Of a stretch of DNA of 64,000 nt, positions 41,747-56,391 are shown piece by piece (the first letter of the stretch is position 1; each line of letters begins with the position of its first letter). The translations under genes were made by a program, and so were the position numbers. The notes beneath the pieces were generated by a model. That model was not told the origin of the DNA and did no database searches. It was given only the letters and a program-made list of their open reading frames with translations. The stretch is from Eledone cirrhosa (lineage: Eukaryota): NCBI GenBank assembly GCA_964016885.1, contig OZ024757.1, forward strand, positions 24,180,001 through 24,244,000. Direction: 5' to 3'.

Positions 41747-41993
41747 GATAAATCTACCAAGAGTTTACGGTAGTGTCCAATCCGTATGAAGAACTCAATG
41801 TAATCCGGATATCATGGAAAGAAGAGATGCAATGAAAAATCACTTTCGGTGAAAGATAAACGGAATACAGAGTCAAGATAAAATATTAAAAAAATAATGA
41901 ATAAAACAATGAAACAGTTCCTTATATTAAACATATGAACTTTTTTTGTTTAATATAAGGAACTGTTTCATTGTTTTATTCATTATTTTTTTA

Positions 41994-42092
<99 letters not shown>

Positions 42093-42141
42093 ATATATAT
42101 ATTTGTTTATTTATATATATATATATATATTTGTATATATT

Positions 42142-42206
<65 letters not shown>

Positions 42207-42259
42207 CTATATATATATATATATATTTGTATATATATATATATTTGTATATATATATA

Positions 42260-42299
<40 letters not shown>

Positions 42300-42699
42300 T
42301 ATTATACTTATATATATATTTCTATATATATATATATGCATATTATACTTATATATATATTTCTATATATATATATATGCATATTATACTTATATATATA
42401 CCCTATTTCCCGGTGCCGAAGATGCATATTCGCGGAATCGTAAACATCTTCCGCGATCTTTTATGGCTTTTTTCGTGGCAATATTCATTTTGTAACGCTA
42501 AATTACTAATAACAATACACTGTATGTGTCGGCCTATTGGACGCCCATTCGCATAAGACGCTCCTTCCTCTTTCATAGTATTTTAAGTTATATTTTGATG
42601 TTTATAAGCATTTTTATGGACCACGGTTTTTCACCATTCGCGGGTGATATAGGAACGTAACCCCCGCGAATATCGGGGTACTACTGTATATGTATATTT

Positions 42700-44615
42700 A
42701 TTGTCAGGTCGCTCTTGAGTGCTACTGGTAACATGTAACCCAGTACAACCTGTCGCATGGTCGGGTCGTCGGCGACTAAACCAGCAACTCCACCAAGCTT
42801 GTTTGGTGATTTTTTGACACCCTGCGGGACGAAAAACAAAACCTGATAAAGGGCCTAAGAACTCATAAAAGTCGACGGCCATCCAATAGTGTGTAAATAT
42901 ATATATTCTGTGTGGGTGTGTGTATGTATGGGACTGATTGTATACGTGTCTGTGTGTGCATATATGTGAAGGCTCAAATACCTTTTAGAGCCTGAGCAAA
43001 GTTAGATCAGGCGCTTCCAGGCCACCAGCCTGGAGATTGAGTCCCAATGAAAAATACCAGGAAGGTAAACCTCCAAGAAAGATGGAAAAACGAACTACCG
43101 GGCGCTTGGAAGTCCTAGCAACAATGCCTCCACCTATGGGCTAAATAGGATCTGTCAGTAGCTTAAAAATGGCTTGTGCAGTCCTGGCGACGCATTCTTG
43201 TATCCAGCTATCGAAAAAATGGACTATTCCTTGATTTGCTCCAGGGTTCAAGCTCCTGCCCTAGCTTATTTTCCTGAAATTCACACCTCATCCTCTGAGA
43301 CTAATGATAGATCAGTCTTCAACCTGGACTCATCTAGGCAGACTGTTCTTGATAGAGCAGAAGGTAGATCAAAACCTCTCCTAAAATGTAAACATTCCGC
43401 TCGCTTTAGTACATTAAACGTCAATACCTTTGGTCCTCTTGGAAGACTTGATGAGCTAGAACTGAGCGCTAAATCCAACGCTATTGACGTCATCAGTCTT
43501 CAAGAGCATAGACATTTCCATCCAGATCTATACCTAAAGTTTACAAAACTGACAATTTCCAGCTTGTCGCCGCCTCTGCATACAAAAACTCCAATAACGC
43601 CACCATTGATGGAGTCGGTATGCTTCTCTCATCAAAGGCACGCGAGAACCTCATCATCATCGAAAAGTAAACGATATAATAATGGTTGCCGAGTTCAATT
43701 CAAATCCCAAACTCGCATTTATATCTTGCTATAGCCAAACAAATAACAGTAATGAAGAAACTGCCGCCAGTTTCTATCAGTCCCTGAGATCGGCGGTCAT
43801 TGCAAACGTCCCTGTCCATAATTTCGTTACTATTGCAGGCGACTTCAATGCCAAACTAGGCCCTGACGATGTAAAATTCACCTTCAACACCGAAACAAAC
43901 CGAAATGGTGGAATGCTTCTCCAACTCCTTGACGAATTTGAACTCTTCTCGTTTACAAAATGCTTCATGAAAAAGCAATCCAAGCTCTGGTCATTTAGTT
44001 ACCCTAACGGTAGCTGAGCTCAATTTGATTATATCCTATTTCGAAAAACAGTACGCGGTTCTGAAACCTAATCCTCATTCACCAACGTGGGATCTAATCA
44101 CAGGTTTGTCTCTTCCAAAGTTGCTCTTAGCCTTCGCGCTCCTAAGAAAGTCCCTTCTGAGCCTATGAAACAAATTGACTGGAGTTAGTGTCATCAAATA
44201 CGGAGCTCTTCAGCCGGTATGCAATTAGTGTTTACAATAGATTCTCTAAACTATCATGTACTGATGATTGCATTGAGACTAAATACTCCAAACTAATTGT
44301 TGCAAATGAGGAAGATGCTTTTTCCAGCTTACCCAAAAGACTAAAAGGAAGCTCACGAAATTTAACTCACAGATCTTAGTATCCTCAGCACGCCAAAATG
44401 TGCAAAATCTTTCTTCTCGGTACAATTCAAATCCAACAAGTTTACTGAAAAGCGAAATGACCCAATGCAAAAAAGACTTTGATGAGGCGTGCAGAACTGC
44501 TCTTGCAGAGTATGTAGAAGGAAAAATAAACAAACTTAAGACACTTCATGTAAACAAACAGCACGCTGCCGCATGGGCTCTAGTCAACGAAATAAATGGC
44601 TGAAAAGAGCTACTA
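42700..44615 (+). mobile_element. RTE-like LINE 5' part (APE endonuclease), decayed
   Basis: TLNV.T, LQEHR, GDFNAKLG, TNRNG; 5' leader also present at 56872-56970. Confidence 0.75.
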
Positions 44616-44629
44616 TCCTAAATTTAAAA

Positions 44630-45945
44630 TCAGAGAAGGAAGACTTTATTTTCACTGATAAAATAGAATATCACAGGGGTATATTTCAATGTCTCTGTGC
44701 TATTATTTATTCTGTCGCTAAATCCTTTGTCCTTTCGGTTCAAGAAATGCGACGGATACATAATAGGTTCACTGGTGGACAGGAATACAAACCTAACCCA
44801 TAACGTCTTTGTAGATGACTTGAAACGTTATGCCAAGAGCATAAATGGGATGAAGAAAATCCTCGGCCTGGTTACGACGTTCTCTAAAGATATAGGAATG
44901 GAGTTTGGCAAGGATAAATGTTAATATGTATAAAGCGGGGAAAAACTTCAAGTCAATGTAACAACATTTTTATCAATAGCCTAAATGTTTCACCGATATC
45001 TGATGAGGACTGTTACAGGTACCTAGGGATAGATTATGGTATTTGTAACAAGGAATGTGTAACCAGGTAATATTGCACCTGAGTAAGAAAAATATGGTCA
45101 TCTGAAATCTCTGTGCACAATAAAACAGTGGCTCACAATGTGCTTGATGTGCCTGTCCTAACACCAACGTTTGGGATACTTGATTGGACGATAGTCGAAA
45201 TACGAGCTATTGATGTTAGAAACCGAAAAGTCCTAAACAACACCGGAAACTTCCACATCAACAGTGACATAGGCCATCTCTACCTGAAATGTAACCAGGG
45301 AGGCGGAGGCTTAATATCAGTCCAGACAGCATTTGAGCGTCGCATCATATCCCTCCAACATCTACGAACTTCCAAACTTCGGAGCCCATCTATTGAACAA
45401 GTCTGCATGAGACATATAATATCATGAGAGTTGGGAAGGAACTCTTTGAAAGATAATCCCTGCATGATAATCATAGATTAGGAAAGAGGAGAATATCTAT
45501 GCGTAACTAATGAGGAATATGCAGATACTCAACCCTGACTATACCTTCAGATTTATACCTGTGATTATTGGGGCACTGGGATATGTTAGTAACTGCTTCA
45601 GTACAAATCTTGAGAAGCTGGGCTTCACAGGAACAGAAAGAACACAACTAGTTAGGAAATTACAAGTACAATCCATTAATGGAACTGTAAAACATTCTAA
45701 AGTTTCTCCATGTTATAACTGCATGTACTCATGTACAAATACAAAGCATATGGACATGCACACATATAACTCAAAACATACACTTCCACAGATACAATAA
45801 CATCCAAACCTGTATGCATGCATACATATCTATCTAGTTGATGTTGTGTAAATTCCAATGGGAGAGTCAGGTATCTATGTTAGAAACCGGCTCTCTATTG
45901 GTAAAAATTTATAAAATTATGAACCAGAAGAACGAACAAACATAC
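44630..45945 (+). mobile_element. R4/Dong-like LINE, internally deleted
   Basis: RGIFQ, FVDDLK, IGMEFGKDKC, GGGGL, IPVIIGALG; 3' UTR repeated at about 45962-46230. Confidence 0.75.
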
Positions 45946-46239
45946 ATACATACATACATACATAATGGAACAGTAAGAATATGTAAAACATTCCAAAAAT
46001 GTTGCATCTAATAACTGCATATACACATGTACAGATACAAAGCATGCACACATACAACTCAAAACATACACATCCACACATCCATATCTACACATGCATG
46101 CATACATATCTACCTAGTTGTTGTTGTGTAAATTCCAATGAGAGAGTTTTGTGTCTATGTTAAAAACCGATTCTCTCTCTATTGGTAAAAAAAAAGATTT
46201 GTGAAATTATAAAACCAGAAGAACATACATACATACATA

Positions 46240-46426
46240 ACGGTTTCTACTTTAGGCACAAGGCCAGCAAATACCCAGTGCATTACTGGTACTTTATTTT
46301 ATCGACCCCGTAAGGATGAAAGGCAAAGTCAACCTCGGCGGGATTTGAACTCAGATTGTAAAGGGACGTAACTATGCTGGAAAGCATGGCGTCCGACCCT
46401 CTACTGATACTGCCAATCCACCGCCC
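46240..46426 (-). mobile_element. SINE family 1
   Basis: Reverse complement of the consensus. Confidence 0.85.
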
Positions 46427-47136
46427 TTCATACATACATACATAACATACAAACAAAGTCAACGCGATCAGTCGCAAATTTTGGCGTAGGAGACTATTCA
46501 TTAATTTTATGATGAATACTATCTCCGACAAAAATGCCATAACTACCAATCATGTTGAATAACTGGATATTCTTCTAACTATATCCACTGAAGACACCTT
46601 TTATTCGAATTCGTAGAGATATCCGACGAAATACATAATTCATTTTACAAGGATTTGCTAGAAACAGTAGTGGAATACCGAAGAAAAACACCAACGAGAA
46701 AGGTAAACAAAATGTATTCAGTTGTAGCTACAGAAGAAACCGAAATTATAAATCGCATTTCTCTTGGATTTTCGAACTTAATGATGATTTATTTAATTGT
46801 TATAAAATGGAAAAAAAAAATCCCTCCATTGGCTATGAATAGAATGAAGCACACTGGGACGAAATACACCAAGAGCTAAATTATTTCACAGCGAAACAAT
46901 TACGCCAACAAGCGACATTTGTTGAACGTAAGAATAAGATAAATATTAATACTTGTAAGTCCCCCAGAACAAACATGGAATCAACAACACGTGCTACAGG
47001 TCGCCTTGCTACTAGACGTCCTAGCAGCCAGGTCGAACAGTGCCTTGAAACAACTGCGCCTGTAAGAAATTTGACACCATGTGTACCATCTAAGTCTACC
47101 TCGAATGCTGGGGAAAACACTATCGATAATAATAAT

Positions 47137-47214
47137 AATTGTTTCTACTTTTGGCACAAGGCCAGCAATTACCCAGTGCATTACTGGTACTTTATTTTAT
47201 CGACCCTGTTATCG

Positions 47215-47246
<32 letters not shown>

Positions 47247-47523
47247 CGAAGAAATAGTGATAATAATCTAAGAAATTTGACACCACGTGTACCACCCGAG
47301 TCTACCTCGATTATTGTGGAAAATACTATCGATAATAATTGTTTCTACTTGAGGCACAAGGCCAGCAATTACCCAGTACATTACTGGTACTTTATTTTAT
47401 CGACCCCGTAAGGATGAAAGGCAAAGTTAACCTCGGCGGGATTTGAACTCAGAATGGCAAGGGCCGTAACTCTATGCGTCAAAGCATGGCGTCCGACCTT
47501 CTACCGATACTGCCAATCCACCG
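47137..47523 (-). mobile_element. SINE family 1 plus duplicated 3' fragment
   Basis: Full copy at about 47335-47523; its 3' end and flank are duplicated at about 47062-47206. Confidence 0.8.
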
Positions 47524-47559
47524 ATACTATCGATAATAATAATAATCAAAAGTATAAAC

Positions 47560-49100
47560 AATTGAAAATTTCCCTCAACGAATCTTCCAGAGAGAAATTA
47601 ATTCATGTATAAACATTTCTCTTGCTGAACGTATTAAAACAACAATATTTAATAAAATAAAACCAGATAATGAAATATTACGCGTTATTGACGAAATAGG
47701 AGATGAATATTTACGACGGATTAAGACCCCAACATTTTGGTAAATCAACGCCTGTTTATATGCCTTAGCAACGACAGTGAAGCATTATCTTGTTGATAGC
47801 AGAGATATTAACAAGATCAAAACACCACTAAAAATACCACCATATATATCTAAAATAGAAAACAAAAGATTGCTGACCTACGAAAACCCATAGGATATGT
47901 GACAATGCTCCTGCAAGTCTATTTGCATGAAACAGATAAGATCATGAGAGTTGGGAAGGAACTCCTTGAAAGATATTCCCTGCGTGATAATCAAAAACTC
48001 ACACCCAGGGTAATTGCTCAGCAGTACCACAGTGAATCCATGGATGAAAAACTGTATGCTTATCAGCAAAAAATCATGCATGGATATGTTGCCAGGAAGC
48101 TCCAGATTGAGAGTAATATAGATAAGGAAAGTAGTCTATCTTGGACCAACAACTGATATATTGGCTCCCACTTTGAAAGATACGCTTTTGCAATCCAAGA
48201 ACAAGAAATCAACACGAAATACCTGATTCACAAAATAGATAGGGATGCAGGCAAAACACCTAGATGTGATAACAAGTGCAGACTCTGCAGAACTAACATC
48301 GAAGATGTCACCCATGTCATGAGCAGCTGTCCAAAGATGTCATCGCGGTACTATCTACCTATGAGGCATGATGTGGTGGCCAAAACACTGTACAATGCAA
48401 TCCGTAGAAAAGATAGCCCCGATAATAAACATATTAAAAGCTACAGCAATGTGGAAGACATCCATGTACATAATATGAAAGAGTACTGGTGGAATGTTCC
48501 AGTAAAAACCACAATAAAATGCAGGCATAACAGACCAGATATTATGATATGGGACAGGGAAAAGAAGGCATGCACAGTAGTGGAACTTAGCTGCCCAGCA
48601 CATGCCAATATAATATCAAAGATTAGTGAAAAGGAGAACATTTATGCAGAACTGATGAGAAATCTGCAGATGCTCCTCTTTCACTATACCTTCAGATATA
48701 TACCTGTGATTATTGGGGCACTGGGGTATGTTAGTAAATGCCTCAATACAAATCTTGAGAAGCTGGGCTTCACAGGAACAGAAAGAACACAACTAGTTAG
48801 GAAATTACAAATACAATCCATTAATGGAACAGTAAAAATATGTAAAACATTCCAACAATTCTGCACCGAACAACTGCATATACACATGTACAGATACAAA
48901 GCATATACACATGCACACATACAACTCAAAATATACGCATCCGCACATACAATAACATCCATACCTGCACACACACACACACACATACATACATATCTAC
49001 CTAGTTGAAATTGTGTAAATTCCAATGGGAGAGTCTTGTAACTATGTTAGAAGCCGACTCTCTCTATTGGCAAAAAAATGGAAAATTATAAAACCAGAAG
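47560..49100 (+). mobile_element. R4/Dong-like LINE 3' part
   Basis: AIQEQEI, CRLC...HVMSSC, RHD, HNRPDI, IPVIIGALG; same 3' UTR as 45700-45940. Confidence 0.8.
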
Positions 49101-49459
49101 ACACACACACACTACATACATACATACACACAATACATACATACACACACAATACATACAGAGAGACAGACAGCTTTATATATTACATTATCGGTGAAAA
49201 ATAATTATACACAAAGACAAATGAATTTTTTTAAAAACAAGTAAATTATTTTATTGTTTTCTGTATTCTTAGAGCATCTCAAGAAACACCAAGGAAGAGA
49301 ACATTAGCATATTAGACGATAGCAAACCTTAAAGAGAGTATACCGTATTTTTCAGTCTATAAGACGCATGGTCTTTCTAAAATGTGTGTTGTTAAAATTC
49401 CCCTACGTCTGATAAACCAAATAAAAAAGATTAGTTTCTAGAATAACGTTTTCTTCATG

Positions 49460-49585
<126 letters not shown>

Positions 49586-50286
49586 CTCTCTCTCTCAAAA
49601 TTAAGGATGCATCTTATACATGGCACCTTTTATATACCGAAGAATACGATATTTCGAAGCAAAGTAAGAACTATTTCTAATAGTTAAAAGACTGATAGGT
49701 TTCAAAAGGCCAGTACAATGTGGTTGAAATATATAAAGGATAAATGATGACAAATATAACAAAACAAAGTAATGTTTTACCCAGTATATTTCAACATGAT
49801 ATTTCAGGGATATAACCCTTCAAATGGGAAGCAAAAACGGTTCAAAACACAAATGAACGATCGATGTCTTCTTTTTTAACTGGTCTACGTGTCTTAAATA
49901 CGCATGCGAGGAATCGTTATGGTATCCAATCTGCTTCTTGCATTTCCGATATATTATTTATCTGAGTTTTTTTTTTTTCTTCGTTGCTGACAATGTACCA
50001 GCTTTTTAAAACTTATCAGTCATTTGTTAAACATCTCACAATGCTACGTATTAGCTAGATTACATTTTTTCTAATAATTGTCTCCTCTAATTAAAACCTG
50101 AAACCTTTCCAATTCGGTTATGAAATAGCTGCATAAGAAGACATTATGGTATGTATTAAAATGAAGTCGTTACAATGTTAACATATCTCATTGTTTACGG
50201 ACCGAAAACTTATTTATTTAGAAAACAACGAAACGGTTTAAAACATTGGATTTGGGCACTGATGCCCTTTAGATATGGCAATATGA

Positions 50287-50363
<77 letters not shown>

Positions 50364-50686
50364 ATGTGTGTGTGTATAATATATATGTATATTTATATAT
50401 ATTAAATATTATAAACATGTCTTATATTTATCTATAGATACACAAACAGACACACATATATATATAATATATATACATGCATGCATATTATCATATATAT
50501 ATATATATATATATATATACATGCATATATATATATAATATATATATATATGCATGCATATATATATATATATACATACATATATACATATGCATGCATA
50601 TATATACACATACATATATATATATATATATATACATGCATGCATATATATATATGCATGCATATATATATACATGCATGCATATT

Positions 50687-50755
<69 letters not shown>

Positions 50756-51146
50756 TACATACATACATATTATCATATATATATATATATAAGCAAAGCG
50801 TACTTTGAAAATAATGTAGCGTTCAGAAGGAAAAACAATTATGATGTATTTTTTATGTTGATGTTTTCAGTTGTATTCTCGTTTTATTTTCTGTTTTTTT
50901 TTTTCTTTTGATATATTTTTTTGTTTTTCTTTATTTTTTCATTTTATTTAAGGAAAATAAAACATCAACAAGAAAAAGAAATGACACCAATTATTTTTAA
51001 AAAAAAAGAAAATTTGTGTAGAGTTGGCATTAGAAGCGTTATTTCACTGGCGGTAAGTAGATTGTTCGTAATCCAGAGTATTTTGAGACACTAATTTTAT
51101 GAAATTCGAAGATACTCAAGCGCAGCCAGGTCTTCTAATTTTTAAT

Positions 51147-51182
51147 CTATTCGGTGAATTTAACATTAAGGAAAGCCTTCTC
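51147..51182 (-). CDS. IF gene 2 last coding exon (no CaaX)
   Basis: ctattttacag| EKAFLNVKFTE then TAG. Confidence 0.88.
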   Translation of the reverse strand, partial: EKAFLNVKFTE

Positions 51183-52113
51183 CTGTAAAATAGAATAAAT
51201 TTAAAAGAACAATAATTAGATGAAAGGGAACAAAAAAGGGTAGAGAATAAAATTTAAAAAAAAACAGGAAATGAAAAGGAGAAAATAGAAAAAAAATGGA
51301 TCAAGCAACGAAAAAAAATGTGAGGGGAGGGACAGATACTACACGCCAGTCTACAGAACTGGAGATGATGTCCATAAACACTACCTCAGGATCATACTTG
51401 GGATTTCGTGGCGTCACCACATCAGGAATACGTCTAAAGTCTGCCTCGAGCCCGGAGTCTCATAAGGAGGGTGCTAATCCCGGTTTCATAAGCGTTAAGT
51501 GACTGAGAGTACTAGACTACCCATTGGACAAGACACCAGACCATCTCAGGGGTGAAATCTCTCTGAAGCTTGGAGGTTCATCAAGAAGGTACATATTTCG
51601 GTTTCATTGGCGTTAAGCGACTGAGAGTACAAGACACCTCCCTGGACAGGACTAAAATCCCAGCTATTGCTGGTACACATTTTCAGTTGAATGTAATAGA
51701 GCAACATGAAATTAAGTGTTTTACTCAAGAACACGACACACAACCCAGTCCAGAAATTGTATCCACGACATTAGGATCACAAGTTCAACACTTAGTCACA
51801 TATTCATTATGAATGAAGGAATGAAGATGTCATGGAAAATCCTGAAAGATGCTTGGTCACGTGCTACACGTGTTTACGAAGAGACCAATGAGAACATTTT
51901 TTACATTGAAGCCAAAGGGACGTATGAGGCAAGGTAGATCTGTCAAGATCTGGGGAGTAAGATTTGGCAGTTGGCAGGCTTGACTGTAGCAGAATCGTGA
52001 GGGGACTTTGACCATGCAGAACGAAGATCTCTCGTCACCCAATGTTCCACAGGGAGAAAAAGGGACTAAAGAAGACAGAGTGATTGAGTAAAAGCAAGAA
52101 CTGGAAATTTTAC

Positions 52114-52236
52114 CGCTTTGTTTTCGTCTTTAAGGACAGTCTTGGAGACAACAAGGGAATTTCCCCATTCAAGGATATTGCTGGCCACAACATCGTTGGA
52201 CTTCTTAGCATTTTGGGAGTGTTTTGAACCCCATAT
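52114..52236 (-). CDS. IF gene 2 exon 10-equivalent
   Basis: ttattttccag| ... |gtaaaa; 123 nt; IWGSKHSQNAKKSNDVVASNILEWG...VLKDENKA. Confidence 0.92.
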
Positions 52237-52689
52237 CTGGAAAATAAGATAAGTACATTATATTTTGCCTTGTTTTGTTGTTTATGTTGTTGTTGATGAC
52301 GTTGTTATTATTTTAAATGAAAACCTTTCATTTAATTTTCTTAAACCATGTTCGAAACACGAGTTTTATATACATTAACATTTTTTATATGTTCCAAATA
52401 CAAACTTTGTAATGAAAACCTTAGTTCCTTACTAATCACTTCTTCACACTTTTTTTTTTCAATATTAATTACAATGTTCATATTTGAATTAAAACTTTCC
52501 ATCATAATTTTCTGTAAAACCGTTTTGTTAAATTATGTTCCAAATTATTTGACCAAATCGTCTGACAGGAACTTGTATGGTCATTAGAAATATGGTTACA
52601 ACAAGTTTAGTTATATAATTCCTATGCCTTTTCCTCCTTCAGCCTTTCATCTAGAAAAATATTACACAAGATACTTAAATATTAATTAT

Positions 52690-53370
52690 AAAAGATACTT
52701 TTAACTTAATAGGACAGGGCATGGCTTACCTTAAACTGGCTTTAAACTTAGTAGGACAGTAAATGACTTACCTTAAACTAGTTGTTAAATTTATAGGACA
52801 GGAAATGGCTTACCTTAAATTGACTTTTAACTTAGTAGGACAGTAAATGACTTACCTTAAACTAGTTGTTAAATTTATAGGACAGGAAATGGCTTACCTT
52901 AAATTGACTTTTAACTTAGTAGGACAGTAAATGACTTACCTTAAACTAGTTGTTAAATTTATAGGACAGGAAATGGCTTACCTTAAATTGACTTTTAACT
53001 TAGTAGGACAGTAAATGGCTTACCTTAAACTAGTTGTTAAATTTATAGGACAGGAAATGGCTTACCTTAAATTGACTTTTAACTTAGTAGGACAGTAAAT
53101 GACTTACCTTAAACTAGTTGTTAAATTTATAGGACAGGAAATGGCTTACCTTAAATTGACTTTTAACTTAGTAGGACAGTAAATGACTTACCTTAAACTA
53201 GTTGTTAAATTTATAGGACAGGAAATGGCTTACCTTAAATTGACTTTTAACTTAGTAGGACAGTAAATGACTTACCTTAAACTAGTTGTTAAATTTATAG
53301 GACAGGAAGTGGCTTACCTTAAATTGACTTTTAACTTAGTAGGACAGTAAATGGCTTACCTTAAATTGGC
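52690..53370 (-). repeat. 42 bp (84 bp dimer) tandem repeat containing a splice donor
   Basis: CTTACCTTAAA at 52725, 52767 ... 53355, 16 copies. Confidence 0.95.
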
Positions 53371-53470
53371 TTATACCGCTGGAGAAAATGACGTCATCTT
53401 TAAATGTATGGCTGTATAGAGTTCCCCCTTCAATCTTGCGTTCAAGAGTCCATCCTTTAAGGTTTGTTTG
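53360..53470 (-). CDS. IF gene 2 exon 9-equivalent
   Basis: ctactacag| ... AAG|gtaagc; 111 nt as in gene 1; QTNLKGWTLERKIEGGTLYSHTFKDDVIFSSG. Confidence 0.92.
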
Positions 53471-53884
53471 CTGTAGTAGTGAGCCGAAAGAGTAGAGATT
53501 AATTTAATGTACTACAATATTAGTATCATTATTTTTGTAATAAAGAAAGCATTAATTTTGATATATTTTTATATATTTTATTTTTATAATTTTTCAATGT
53601 TAATTGTTTTTGCTATTGTGTATTTTCATTCAATCTTATTGTAAACCTCCATTGTCCTTTGTCTTAGTATTGTCACTTATATGTCGGCTCTTGCGGTCAA
53701 TAAATGAAACCATTATTATTTGGATTGGCAGTATCGGTAGAAGGTCGGACGCCATGCTTCGCAGCATAGAGTTACGGCCCTTTATGATCTGAATTCAAAT
53801 CTCACCGAGGTTAACTTTGCCTTTCATCCTTACGGGGTCGATAAAATAAAGTACCAGTCACACACTGGGGTCGATTTAATCGAA

Positions 53885-54350
53885 TCTTCTTTAACCATCC
53901 TTGGAAACTCTTTGAGATAGTACGTAGTGCTCCTGTGACAATCGAGACGACCTTCATTTCATGGCAGTTCCAAATCCTTTTTAACTCCCACTTTAAGTCC
54001 TGGTATCGGTTAATTTTCTCCGTCTCCTTTTCTTGCACTCTCGTGTCAAATGGGCAGGCTACATCTACAATCAGGCACGATCTTTTTCCCTTCTCCAAAC
54101 CCACCAGATCAGGCCCATTGTGTTCTAATTTCTTGTCCGTCTGTATCCTAAAATCCCATAGCACCTTCACCTGATCGTTTTCTATCACTGACTCTGGCTT
54201 ATGTTCATACCACTTCTCAGAATGTGGTAAATTGTTTACTTTGCATAGGTGCCAGTGAATCACCCTGCCCATCACATCATGTCTCCAGCCTTTATAGTGA
54301 GTCTGGGCTGGGTGTTTACACTCGGATACAATGTGAACCACAATCTCTCT
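53885..54350 (-). mobile_element. R4/Dong-like RLE LINE fragment
   Basis: Homologous to 8136-8590. Confidence 0.8.
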
Positions 54351-54764
54351 ATTATTATTATTATTATTCCCGCCGAGGTTAACTTTGCTTTTCATCCTTA
54401 TGGTGTCGATAAAATAAAGTACCAGTAATGCACTGGGTAATTGCTGGCCTTGTGCCAAAAGTAGAAACAATTATTATTATTATTATCATCATCATCATCA
54501 TCATCATCAGGGCGGTGGATTGGCAGTATCGGTAGAGAGTCGGACGCCATACTTTGCAGCATAGAGTTACGTCCCTTTATGATCTGAGTTCAAATCCCGC
54601 CGAGGTTAACTTTGCTTTTCATCCTTACGGGGTTGATAAAATAAAGTACCAGTCACGCACAGGGGTCGATTTAATCGACTTACCTCTCCCCCAAAATTGC
54701 TGGCCTTGTGCCTATATAAGAAACTATTATTATTATTATCATCATCATCATCATTAATATTATT

Positions 54765-54990
54765 TTACGCATTGTCACTGCATTACTGAGCACAGCTCTG
54801 TGCACCTTGGGTATGTGCAGTGTGGTTTTTGGTGGCGTTGTTCTATTGTATTGTTAGTACTCTTCGTAATGTGTGCAGTGCCTAGTAGCGCTAGTTTCTG
54901 TATGCTGTATATATTTGTAAGTCCTGGAGTTTTGGTTATGTATCTGTCTGTGTGCATTTTTATTATTCCCAGAGCACCTATTATTATCAT
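54765..54990 (-). mobile_element. R4/Dong-like LINE extreme 3' end
   Basis: IIIGALG...PGLTNIYSIQKLALLGTAHI plus a 3' UTR matching 7815-7920. Confidence 0.75.
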
Positions 54991-55194
54991 TGTGGCGGAT
55001 TGGCAGTGTCGGACGACATGCTTTACGGCATATAGTTACGTCCCTTTACACTCTGAGTTCATATCTTGCCGATGTTAACTTTGGCTTTCATCTTTACGGG
55101 GTCGATAAAATAAAGTACCAGTAATGCACTGAGGTTGATTTAATCGACTTTCCCCTCTCCCCAAATGGTTGGCCTTGTGCATAAATCAGAAACC

Positions 55195-55950
55195 ATTGAC
55201 CAGTCCGGCGATGTTATCAGTGGAAACTCCACTTTGGCGTTCTATAGAGGGTTAGTGGAGGGCAATAACGACGACGTCCTTCGGGAAACTCTGGGTTTCG
55301 ACGAAAGCCAACTAGCTATTCTCTTTGGGAGGGCTTTTGGTCCAGGGCCAATGGATAACTTCCAGAAGTCCCTGACCTGGCAGTGTCACCGGAGAGCGTT
55401 GCCAGTCAGTCCGAGATAAACTTTACAGTCATGGAAGTGCCGTCAGCCGAGCCTGTCCGAAATGCGCGTCGGGCGACGAGATCGTCCTGCACACACTCGT
55501 CCAGTGTTCGAGCATCGCTGACTTATGTCGAACATTTGTCGCGTGAGGGACGGATCCGGCTATCAGCTGAGTCCATCATGAAGATTGCCCCGCCACCCTC
55601 CTTTAACCAGGAAGGGCAGGCAGTTTTTATCTGCCTGGTGGCCATGGTAAAAGAGGTTGTATGGTAGATGCGTCTGAAAGGGTTGAAGACGGGCACTTTC
55701 CTCTTGTGTGAGACCCTCATTAACTTTTTCAGGTCCCACCTGAAAAGGAAAATCAGGATGAAGAGGGGAAATGCTGCCTTCCAGCCAGTTTGTTTAAAGG
55801 TGGGTGAAAGAGGCAAGAATGATCCGTGTGAATGGGCTAGCTCTGGGCGTGTCCCTATAGTATCGTAGGAAGAAAACTGGGAGAGGGTGCTTGCCCTAGC
55901 GGTCAGAGTGACCGTGGATTTTTGTGGGCTTTCTCCACGAGTGACCTTTG
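55195..55950 (+). mobile_element. decayed Tx1/L1-clade LINE 3' fragment (second copy)
   Basis: Colinear reverse complement of about 2757-3450. Confidence 0.75.
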
Positions 55951-56391
55951 CATTACTGAGCACAGCTCTTTGTGCCAGGGAAATTGTATTATTGTTTCCC
56001 AGTTTATTGAGAATATGTTTTACTGAGTCACGTTGAATCTCCCTTAGAACTATGTTAAGGGTACACGTCTCTGTGGAATACTGTACAAGACTTGCAATCT
56101 AATACAAGATGGTCTTTTACATGTAGCTTAAAGGTCCAGTCTTGTCACACATTGTTTCATGCTGAATCTCCCTGTGAACTGCGTTAAGAGTACACGTGTC
56201 AGTGGAATACTGAACCACGTATATTGTAATACACTATGGACCGTACCTGCAGTTCAAAGTACCAGAATGCTCAGCCACTTGCACGTTAATTTCATGAGCC
56301 AGCAGTTGCAATCAACAGAGGCCATGCACACACGTTCGGTTCTAATAAAACATGGAACTCGGAAATGAAAACTGATGAAACAAAAGCTTAC

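Larger units (their letters stand above)
53720..55195 (+). mobile_element. cluster of four SINE family 1 copies interleaved with R4/Dong fragments
   Basis: SINEs at about 53720-53885, 54368-54475, 54509-54735, 54992-55195. Confidence 0.8.

Noticed and set aside
42725-42790. HDV-like or twister ribozyme in the RTE 5' leader (second copy 56890-56960)
   Set aside because: CCAGT/ACTGG, a GTCG/CGAC hairpin and CTAA are suggestive, but P1 and P3 could not be completed in both copies; needs a consensus and Infernal search
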